Source of the DNA: Chloroflexota bacterium
GTDB taxonomy: Bacteria; Chloroflexota; UBA11872; VXOZ01
Reading direction: 5' to 3'
NCBI GenBank assembly: GCA_963662335.2
Contig: CAXXVD010000002.1
Location: forward strand, 608,001 to 672,000
Length of the DNA stretch: 64,000 bases
Position 1 is the stretch's first letter. Each line of letters starts with the position of its first letter. Position numbers and translations under genes: made by a program. The notes under the pieces are model-generated. The model ran no database searches, had not been told where the DNA came from, and was given only the letters and a program-made list of their open reading frames with translations. This document shows, piece after piece, positions 20,955 to 28,514 of the stretch.

Positions 20955-21476
20955 CTATGCCGCCGGGCCTTCTTGCGCCAGGACCGCCGGCGCCGGCATG
21001 GCGCGACCGCGCACCATGGCCACCTCGCCGGTGCGGCTCAGTTCCAGGATGCCGTAGGGACGGATGATCTCGACGAACGAGTCGATCTTATCCTCGTCTC
21101 CCGTAATCTCCAGGATGATGCTGCCCGGCGAGACGTCCACCACTTGCGCCCGGTAGACGTTGGCCAGTTGCAGGATTTCGGTGCGTTTCATCTCCGGCGC
21201 GGCGATCTTGGCCAGGGCCATCTCGCGGGAGACGTGGCGCTGCTCGGTGACGTCGGTCACCGAGACCACCTCGATCAGCTTCTCCAACTGCCGCGCCACC
21301 TGGATCGATTCCTTGTGGTCTTCCGCCACCACAATCGTCATGCGCGAGATGCCCGGCCGGTGCGAGTGGCCGACGGCCAGGCTCTCGATGTTGTAGCCGC
21401 GCTTGCGGAAGAGGCTGGCAATGCGGTTTAGGACGCCGGGATGGTCCTCGACGTCCGCAATCAGGACGTGTCTCAT
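20955..21476 (-). CDS. ilvN: Acetolactate synthase small subunit
   Basis: PGVLNRIASLFRKRGYNIESL ACT domain; ATGA overlap with ilvB. Confidence 0.95.
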   Translation of the reverse strand: MRHVLIADVEDHPGVLNRIASLFRKRGYNIESLAVGHSHRPGISRMTIVVAEDHKESIQVARQLEKLIEVVSVTDVTEQRHVSREMALAKIAAPEMKRTEILQLANVYRAQVVDVSPGSIILEITGDEDKIDSFVEIIRPYGILELSRTGEVAMVRGRAMPAPAVLAQEGPAA

Positions 21477-23176
21477 GCGTACCTCGCTTCTTCCACGGCG
21501 TCGCCCTCGATTGTCTCGGCCAGGCTGGAGCCGGCCGGCACCATGGGGTAGACCTTCTCCACTTCGTCCACCACCAGGTCGAGCACCACCGGGCCGGGGA
21601 TCTTCTCCGCCTCTTTCAGCACCTTGAGCACGTCCGCCTTCGTGGACGCGCGCAGGCCGGGCAGGCCGTAGGCTTCGGCCAACTTGACGAAGTCCGGGTT
21701 CTCCAGCTTGGCGCTGATGAAGCGGCTGTCGTAGAAGAGCGTCTGCCACTGGCGGATCATGCCCAGGTGGTTATTGTTGATGATGGCGATCTTCACGTCC
21801 ACGTTGTGTTCTTTGACCACCGCCAGGTCTTGCAGCGTCATCTGGAAGCCGCCGTCGCCGATGATGCACCACACCTGCTCGTTGGGGCGGGCGTACTTTA
21901 CGCCGATGGCCGCCGGGAAGGCGTAGCCCATGGCGCCGAGCCCGCCAGACGAGAAGAAGGTGTTGCGGCGGTCGTACCAGAAGTGTTGGGCGGCCCACAT
22001 TTGCGCCTGGCCCACGTCGGTGACCACCACGGCCTCGCCGTTGGTGATGTGGTATATCTGGCGGATGACCCACTGGGGCAGCACGATGTCGGTCTCGCGG
22101 ATGGCGAGGCTGGGATGCTCCTCACGCCACTCGCGAATCTGCTCCACCCACGGCGTGTGGTCGAGTTGGTCGATCTCGTCGATCATCGCGCGAATAGTGG
22201 GCTTCAGATCGGCCACGATGCCCACGTCCGTGGCGACGTTCTTGCCGATCTCCGCCGGGTCGATGTCCACGTGGATGATGCGCGCGCCGGTAGCGAAGTC
22301 CTCGAGGCGTCCGGTCACCCGGTCGTCGAAGCGCATGCCCAGGGAGATGAGCAGGTCGGCGCGGTCCACGGCCCAGTTGGCGTAGATGTTGCCGTGCATG
22401 CCCACCATGCCGAACGAGAGTTCATGGCTTTCCGGGAAGGACGACACGCCGTGCAACGTGGTGATGACGGGGATGTTGGCCTTCTCCGCGAACGCCAGCA
22501 ACTCCTCGTACGCGCCGGAATAGTGGATGCCGTGGCCGGCCAGGATGATCGGCTTCTCCGCGCCGTGAATCACTTCCGCCGCGTCGCGCACGAGCGTGGG
22601 GTCCGGCTGCGTGCCTTCCTCCGGGTTGTAGCCCACGATATTGGGCGGCGGGAAGCCGTCGAACTCGACCTCTTCCAGGAAGACGTCTTTGGGCACGTCC
22701 ACCTGCACCGGGCCTTTGCGTCCCGTGTTGGCGATGTAGAAGGCTTCTTCCATCACGCGCGGCAATTCTTCCGCGTTCAGCACAAGCCAGTTGTGCTTGG
22801 TGACGGGCAGCATGACGCCGGTGGCGTCGGTTTCCTGGAAGCCGTCGGTGCCCAACAGGTTGCGCGGCACCTGGCCGGTGAGCGCCACCACGGGCACGGA
22901 ATCCATGTGCGCGCCGGCAATGCCGGTGACGAGATTGGTGACGCCGGGGCCGCTGGTGGCGATACAGACACCCACGTCGCCGCTGGCGCGGGCGTAGCCG
23001 TCGGCCGCGAAGGCCGCGCCCTGCTCGTGGCGCACCAGGATGTGGTTGAGCCGGTCCTGGTAGTGATAGAGGGCGTCGTAGAGGGGCAGGCACGCGCCGC
23101 CGGGATACCCGAATACGGTGTGCACGCCGTGCGCCACCAGGCTATCCAAGATGATCTCTGCTCCGGTCCGTTTCAT
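21473..23176 (-). CDS. ilvB: Acetolactate synthase large subunit
   Basis: FGYPGG, RHEQGA, TSGPG and GDGGFQM...NN TPP motif. Confidence 0.97.
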   Translation of the reverse strand: MKRTGAEIILDSLVAHGVHTVFGYPGGACLPLYDALYHYQDRLNHILVRHEQGAAFAADGYARASGDVGVCIATSGPGVTNLVTGIAGAHMDSVPVVALTGQVPRNLLGTDGFQETDATGVMLPVTKHNWLVLNAEELPRVMEEAFYIANTGRKGPVQVDVPKDVFLEEVEFDGFPPPNIVGYNPEEGTQPDPTLVRDAAEVIHGAEKPIILAGHGIHYSGAYEELLAFAEKANIPVITTLHGVSSFPESHELSFGMVGMHGNIYANWAVDRADLLISLGMRFDDRVTGRLEDFATGARIIHVDIDPAEIGKNVATDVGIVADLKPTIRAMIDEIDQLDHTPWVEQIREWREEHPSLAIRETDIVLPQWVIRQIYHITNGEAVVVTDVGQAQMWAAQHFWYDRRNTFFSSGGLGAMGYAFPAAIGVKYARPNEQVWCIIGDGGFQMTLQDLAVVKEHNVDVKIAIINNNHLGMIRQWQTLFYDSRFISAKLENPDFVKLAEAYGLPGLRASTKADVLKVLKEAEKIPGPVVLDLVVDEVEKVYPMVPAGSSLAETIEGDAVEEARYA

Positions 23177-23440
23177 GTGCTCTCTTCCTCATTCCTTACA
23201 CTTGAGCGAACGTGTCTCGATGCGTTGCCGCTTGCTCGCGGGTCTGTGCGCCGCGCAGCGTCACGCGCCCAGCCTGGACGCGTGCGGCGTGTACCGCCCC
23301 GCAAGACGCTTTGCGCGCCCCAAAGAGGGTGCGCCGCGCCTTACAGTTAGTTGCCTCCGTTGTTGCTGTTTTGCCGATCCACTTCATGATACTCGTCCCG
23401 CCAGCTATTGTTAAGCGGTTGCGCGCAAAGCCCGTGAAAA

Positions 23441-23500
23441 CCGTTCGTGCTGAGCCCTTCGACAGGCTCAGGGTGACCCTTCGACAGGCTCAGGGCGAAC
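23441..23500. repeat. CCGTTCGTGCTGAGC/CTTCGACAGGCTCAGG palindromes
   Basis: CCCTTCGACAGGCTCAGGG occurs twice in tandem. Confidence 0.8.
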
Positions 23501-23530
23501 GTTGTTCATGCGGGCAACCGGGCGTTCTCC

Positions 23531-23875
23531 TCAGGTAATCGCCACGCCAAACTTCGCCAACACGCGCCGCACGACGAAGAAGAGCGCCACCAGCAGCCAG
23601 CCCAGCGCGAACTCCGCCGCCAAGAGCAACGGGCTGAGCCGCCAGATCTGCGCCAACGCGCGCTCGGCGGCCTGCCAGTTGCCCTCTACCATACCAGTTA
23701 TCAGCGCGATGGGGACGCCCAGGAGCGCGATGGCGAGGGCGCCCAGGACAAGGATCGCCGCCGAAAGCGCCAGCGCCCCTAACAGCAGCGCGCGCTTGTT
23801 CCAGCGGTACGCCGCGGCGACCGGCTCGGCCTCGAGCGGCAAGTCTACAGGCGTATCTGAAAACGCATCGAACAT
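23531..23875 (-). CDS. Hypothetical membrane protein (2 predicted TM)
   Basis: 114-aa ORF with two hydrophobic segments, located between the attenuator and ilvB. Confidence 0.65.
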   Translation of the reverse strand: MFDAFSDTPVDLPLEAEPVAAAYRWNKRALLLGALALSAAILVLGALAIALLGVPIALITGMVEGNWQAAERALAQIWRLSPLLLAAEFALGWLLVALFFVVRRVLAKFGVAIT

Positions 23876-23910
23876 TGCGCCAGCTTCCCGGCGGCGTCTG
23901 CCGCGCAGCG

Positions 23911-23945
23911 AAGAAAAAACCCGTCCCTATCGCCTGGGGACGGGC
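23911..23945 (-). terminator. Attenuator terminator of the ilv leader
   Basis: Minus strand GCCCGTCCC-CAGGCGATA-GGGACGGGT followed by TTTTTCTT. Confidence 0.85.
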
Positions 23946-24107
23946 ATTACTCTTTGCAATACGAACCGTGTTGTATGGCTGTTGGCGCCAAACTGGCTTC
24001 GTGTTCTCCGGTATCCGCATCCCCGCGCCGGCGTCAATTTGCCGTCGCTCGCCGGGGATGCTGCCGTCCCGCTGGTCAATGTGTGAGTGTTGTGATTAAT
24101 GCGCCGC

Positions 24108-24203
24108 CTAGGCGGCTACGAGAATCATCAACACGAGCGGCCACAATTCAGGCGTGTGACCGCCGCGTAGCGCGAGAGTGCGGATTTTCCCGGCGCGGTA
24201 CAT
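24108..24203 (-). CDS. ilv operon leader peptide MYRAGKIRTLALRGGHTPELWPLVLMILVAA
   Basis: Leu/Val/Ile codon run just before the stop; followed by antiterminator-compatible GCGGGACGGC and a terminator; upstream of ilvBNC-leuA. Confidence 0.75.
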   Translation of the reverse strand: MYRAGKIRTLALRGGHTPELWPLVLMILVAA

Positions 24204-24256
24204 AGTGGTGTTCGTTGCCTCAAGGGCTACTCTGCACACATGCTATTCGTACTCTT

Positions 24257-24332
24257 GTAATATCACGAACGCGGCGGCGGCGTCAAGCGCCGCTTTGCCT
24301 AGTTGACAACAATTCGCAGATTCTGGTAGCGT
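24257..24332. promoter_or_regulatory. Divergent promoters (ilv leader on -, ferredoxin-like gene on +)
   Basis: (-) TTGACG-18-TATTAC; (+) TTGACA-18-TAGCGT with an extended TG. Confidence 0.55.
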
Positions 24333-24471
24333 TGCGGTAGGGAGTGCGTGCTCCATGCAATGTGCGCTTGGACGCGCTCCGTTTTCCACGTAAAAAGCAG
24401 AGTGTTTGGCGCGCGCCTGCACTCGCAGCAACCAGCCCATAGCCGCGCGGTAATGGAGAGAGGATAGCGCA

Positions 24472-24918
24472 ATGCGGAGTTTTCCCGGTCGGCCGGACTT
24501 GACAATCGTGACCACGCTGGACGGCGGGCAGGAAGTGCTGCAGATGAAGGCGGGCTACTTGTTCATTTGCGAGGGCTGCTGCTGCGGCAACGGCTATTCC
24601 AAACCCCGATTGGAAAAAGCCCATTACCTGCGCGAGTCGCGCCGCCGGGGAATTTCCGAGCACGTGACCACTGTGTTTACGGCCGATGACGGCGGCGGCT
24701 GCCTGGGCCCGTGCGGCCTGGGAAATAACGTTTTCATGTACCTCTTCGGCAGAGGACTCTGGTTCCAAGGCATGAACGACACCGCGGACCTCGACGCGCT
24801 CTTTACCTACCTGGAAGAGAGCATCCGCCTGGGACAGCCGGCGCCGGTGGCGGGCAGCCTGGCCGACCGCGTCTATACAAGGGTACAGGGCGAGCAGATA
24901 CCGGTTGCAGTGTCGTAG
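24472..24918 (+). CDS. Thioredoxin-like [2Fe-2S] ferredoxin domain protein (CbiW-like)
   Basis: ICEGCCCG and GCLGPC motifs; SD GGAGAGAGG. Confidence 0.7.
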   Translation: MRSFPGRPDLTIVTTLDGGQEVLQMKAGYLFICEGCCCGNGYSKPRLEKAHYLRESRRRGISEHVTTVFTADDGGGCLGPCGLGNNVFMYLFGRGLWFQGMNDTADLDALFTYLEESIRLGQPAPVAGSLADRVYTRVQGEQIPVAVS

Positions 24919-24970
24919 ACAGGCGCCTCTGCGGCGAAATCCGCCATAACTCTGAGATTGGCGTGACCGA

Positions 24971-25095
24971 GCCGTTAGCCCTGAGCGGCGTCGAAGGGTG
25001 AACGGCGGCTTGAGCGCGTTGCAATTCCGCCCGCACCTCTCTCCGTTCATGCTTCGACAGGGGCTTCGCGCAGCCCTCAGCACGAACGGAGAGAG
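24971..25095. repeat. CCGTTC/GTCGAAG-type palindromic repeat
   Basis: CCGTTCATGCTTCGACAGGGGCTTCGCGCAGCCCTCAGCACGAACGG; similar at 43077 and 63386 (inverted). Confidence 0.8.
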
Positions 25096-25189
25096 GTGCG
25101 GGCGTTTTCATTCCCTTTTGTGGCCGGCGGAAAGCCCTTATGATTCGCGCGGGAGTTGGTATCAGCGCCTTCCCGCCTAGTCATCCGCA

Positions 25190-25521
25190 GCGGGGGACAA
25201 GCCCCAATGCTGTCGCAGCGGCGCGAAGACGCGCCGAAAACTCAATTGGCGATGCGAACCGCGCCTCGAATCTCCGGTAGCGCAGGTTTGTAACCTGCGA
25301 ATCTGTTGGGCCAATCCTTTGCGTGCCAGTTTCAATGGCTCTGGCGGGGGACAAGCCCCCGCGCTGTCGCAGCGGCGCGAAGACGCGCCGAAAACTCAAT
25401 TGGCGATGCGAACCGCGCCTCGAATCTCCGGTAGCGCAGGTTTGTAACCTGCGAATCTGCTGGGTCAATCCTTTGCGTGCCAATTTCAATGGCTCTGGCG
25501 GGGGACAAGCCCCCGCGCTAC
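25190..25521. repeat. Composite dispersed repeat, two near-identical tandem copies (~154-bp unit)
   Basis: Direct duplication with shared GGGGACAAGCCCC junctions. Confidence 0.95.
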
Positions 25522-25553
25522 GCGTAAGGCGCTTCGCATGTGCGGCCGCTCGC

Positions 25554-25946
25554 CTAGCGCGCGTTCGGGTCCGGCTGCATCATGCCGAAGAGGTTGCCTT
25601 CGGTATCCTTGGCGTAGGCCGCCCAGCCGATGCCGGGCACGGGGTGTTTGGGTTCGGTGACCACGCCGCCGTGGGCCGTGATGCGCGCCAACGCCGCGTC
25701 CAGGTCGGTGACCTGCGCCACGCACGAATAGCCGTTGACGGCGACGGCAGCCGCCGGCGGGTCGCCTTGCCGCCGCGCCAGGCCGCCGTCGATGCCGGGT
25801 TGGTCGGCGGGGCCGGTCTGGATGAGCCAGTAGTCCACGCTGCCGCCCTCCCACTTATGGAATTTCCAGCCAAACACGCCGGTGTAGAACGTCATGGCCC
25901 GCTCCGGCTCGGCGGCCTCGATTTCGAAGTGGATTATTCGTGACAC
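25554..25946 (-). CDS. VOC/glyoxalase family protein
   Basis: IIHFEI...FYTGVFGW...GIDGG...DTEGNLFGMMQ pattern. Confidence 0.9.
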   Translation of the reverse strand: MSRIIHFEIEAAEPERAMTFYTGVFGWKFHKWEGGSVDYWLIQTGPADQPGIDGGLARRQGDPPAAAVAVNGYSCVAQVTDLDAALARITAHGGVVTEPKHPVPGIGWAAYAKDTEGNLFGMMQPDPNAR

Positions 25947-26088
25947 GGTTCTTCCTTTCTTGAATCGGCGCGGTAATGTGGTTTGCTAGTTGTCTGTAGC
26001 GGGACGGCAGTTGCCAAAGCTGCACTCGTAGCCTTCCAGGTCGAGCGCGCGATAACGGCGCGCCGCCGGATACCGCGGGCACGGGTGT

Positions 26089-26472
26089 CTAGTCCTTCCC
26101 AAACTTCTCCAGGAACAGCGTGTAGCCGTTTGGGGTCTGGACGCTCATTTCCCAGGAGTCCATTGCTTCCCAGTATTGCGCCGGCTGAGTGTATGGGATG
26201 CCGTGCGCTTCGCAGACGGCGATCACGTCCTTGAAACTGGATGTCTCCATTTGCCAGACGAACTTGCCGGCAAGCTGCGCGGCGTCGAAGCCGGCGCGCT
26301 CTTTCAGGCCGAACTCCACGACGCCGCTACGCAAGCCGACGAAGCCGGGAAACTCGTCGCCCTGATACGAGATTTCAAAGCCCAAGCGCTGGTAGAAGGC
26401 TACCTCCGGAGAGAGGTCATGCACGTAGAGGATCGGAACCATGCGCGGGAATTGCGGTTGCGTGCTGCTCAT
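26089..26472 (-). CDS. VOC/glyoxalase (bleomycin-resistance-like) protein
   Basis: PILYVHDL...FYQRLGF...TPNGYTLFL pattern. Confidence 0.8.
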   Translation of the reverse strand: MSSTQPQFPRMVPILYVHDLSPEVAFYQRLGFEISYQGDEFPGFVGLRSGVVEFGLKERAGFDAAQLAGKFVWQMETSSFKDVIAVCEAHGIPYTQPAQYWEAMDSWEMSVQTPNGYTLFLEKFGKD

Positions 26473-26549
26473 GGCTGCCGGACTCGCGGGTGGGGCTGAA
26501 TTCGATTGCGCCGGCTGACGCGCTGGGCGGGCCGGCACACGTGGAGACT

Positions 26550-26641
26550 TGGCGGAGAGGGTGGGATTCGAACCCACGACGCCCTTTTGGGGGCGTAATC
26601 GTTTTCGAGACGATCTCCTTCAACCACTCGGACACCTCTCC
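26550..26641 (-). tRNA. tRNA-Ser(CGA)
   Basis: GGAGAGG acceptor stem, anticodon loop CT-CGA-AA, long variable arm, GGTTCGAATCC T-loop, encoded CCA. Confidence 0.97.
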
Positions 26642-26707
26642 AAGGGTGGCTGATCAATTAATACGATAGCGAAACGGGGCGCGGGGTACAACCCCGTAAC
26701 CGGGCGG

Positions 26708-27502
26708 TCAGCGGCGTGGCGGCGGTGGCGCGGGCGGTTCGCGGTCAGGCGGGCGCCATTGACCGGCCTCGGCCTGACGCGCCAGAGTGTTGATCGGATC
26801 GTCGGTTTCTTCCTGCGAGGGGCTCCAGCGGGAGAGGACGCCGTCGCTCATCGTAAACGTCTCGTCGGCGATGTCGCGCACCGAGAGGTCGTGGGTGGCC
26901 ATGACGACGGTGACGCCTTCCTGCCGCACGATGCGCGAGAAGAGGAGCATCATCTGCAGGCCGGTCACGCTGTCCAGGTCTCCCGTAGGCTCGTCGGCTA
27001 GCAGCAAGGCGGGGGTGTTGGCCAGGGCGCGGGCAATCGCCACGCGGCCTTGCTCGCCGCCGGAAAGCTCGAACGGCCGGTGGCTGGCGCGCTTGCTCAG
27101 GCCCACCAGGTCCAGGAGTTCAAGCGCCCGTTGGTGGCGCTGGCGCGCGCCCATACCGGCGATGCGCATCGGCAATTCCACGTTCTCGTAAGCGGAGAGC
27201 ACCGGCAGCAGCGCAAAGGCCTGGAAGATGAAGCCGATCTTGTGCCGCCGCAGCATGGTGAGCTCGCGGTCGCTCATTTGGCGCGTGTCGTTGTCCATGA
27301 TCTTGATCATGCCGGCGGTGGGGCGGTCTAAGCCGCCAACCATGTTGAGCAGGGTGGTCTTGCCGCTGCCGGAGCGCCCTTGCAACGCGATGAAGCGGCC
27401 GGGAGCTATGCTCCAGTTGGCTTCGCGCACGGCGTACACGTCCTCGCGGCCCACGTGATAGACCCGGGAGACGCCTTCCGCCAGGGTAATGGGTTCTGCC
27501 AT
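26708..27502 (-). CDS. ABC transporter ATP-binding protein (LolD/MacB-like)
   Basis: GRSGSGKT, LSGGE, LADEPTG and ATHD motifs. Confidence 0.93.
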   Translation of the reverse strand: MAEPITLAEGVSRVYHVGREDVYAVREANWSIAPGRFIALQGRSGSGKTTLLNMVGGLDRPTAGMIKIMDNDTRQMSDRELTMLRRHKIGFIFQAFALLPVLSAYENVELPMRIAGMGARQRHQRALELLDLVGLSKRASHRPFELSGGEQGRVAIARALANTPALLLADEPTGDLDSVTGLQMMLLFSRIVRQEGVTVVMATHDLSVRDIADETFTMSDGVLSRWSPSQEETDDPINTLARQAEAGQWRPPDREPPAPPPPRR

Positions 27503-27572
27503 GACGCCGATTTTGCCTCTTCTCTTGCTACTGTGCGGACACGGCGGCACTGCCGGGCGCGCGGCCGGCGGT

Positions 27573-28514
27573 CTAGCGGCGCAAGAGACCCCGCAGGCCG
27601 CGCTTCTCCTCTTCCTCGTCGGAAGACGTATACGCCGGTTTCACGACGATGCCGTCATCCGACACTTCCACAATCGCGCGGTCGCGGATGCCGAATTGCT
27701 CCAGGTACTCTTGCGGAATCTGGAGGCGGCCGGCGGAGTCGAGCACCACGTACTCGTCGTGGCTGATTTCTTCCTCACCCTGGTCCAGACTGATGCGCCG
27801 GACCGTCTCGGTGCTGGTGCGGCCGTCGCGGATTTGGACCACCCGGTCTACGCGAAAGGCGACGTTCGGGTCGTGGCTCACGATGATGATGGTGGTGCCG
27901 TACTCCGCGTTGATGCGGCGAAAGGTGTCGTAGATGGTGCTGGCCGTCTGGGTATCCACCTCACCGGTGGGCTCGTCCGCCAGCAGCAGCGGCGGGGAGT
28001 GCGCCAGCGAGATGGAGATGGCGACGCGCTGCTGCTCGCCGCCGGAGAGTTGGCCCACGCGGTGGCGCAGGCGGTGTCCCAGCCCCACGGCTTCCAGCAA
28101 CTCCGTGGCTTTGGCTTCCCGCTTCCTGGTGGACATGCCGGCGATGATCAGCGGCATCTGGACGTTTTCCAGCGCCGTGAGGTAGGGAATCAGGTTGCGC
28201 GAACTCTGCTGCCACACGAACCCCACCATGTAGCGCTTATACCAGACCAGGTCGGTGTCGGAGAGCTTGATCAAGTTCAGGCCGCCGACGGTCAAGTTGC
28301 CGGCGCTGGGCCGGTCCAGGCCGCCGAGCGTATTGAGGAGCGTGGACTTGCCGCTGCCGGAGTTGCCGATGATGGCCATGATCTCGCCGCTGGCCACCTC
28401 CAGGTCAAGCCCCTGCAAGGCGACGACCTCGAGGTCGGCGACCTTGTAGATCTTGACGAGGTTGTCGCAGAAGATGAACCGCTCGCCGCGTTTTGGGAGT
28501 TCCGGGAACTTCAT
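27573..28514 (-). CDS. ABC transporter ATP-binding protein with C-terminal AbrB-like extension
   Basis: [16 protein letters not shown] and LADEPTG motifs; C-terminal [11 protein letters not shown]. Confidence 0.9.
   Translation of the reverse strand: MKFPELPKRGERFIFCDNLVKIYKVADLEVVALQGLDLEVASGEIMAIIGNSGSGKSTLLNTLGGLDRPSAGNLTVGGLNLIKLSDTDLVWYKRYMVGFVWQQSSRNLIPYLTALENVQMPLIIAGMSTRKREAKATELLEAVGLGHRLRHRVGQLSGGEQQRVAISISLAHSPPLLLADEPTGEVDTQTASTIYDTFRRINAEYGTTIIIVSHDPNVAFRVDRVVQIRDGRTSTETVRRISLDQGEEEISHDEYVVLDSAGRLQIPQEYLEQFGIRDRAIVEVSDDGIVVKPAYTSSDEEEEKRGLRGLLRR

Noticed and set aside
23880-24240. T-box or cobalamin riboswitch
   Set aside because: No T-box GGTGGNACC bulge or B12-box consensus was found; the leader-peptide model fits better.
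25554-26641. Island integrated at tRNA-Ser
   Set aside because: No integrase and no duplicated tRNA 3' end were seen.
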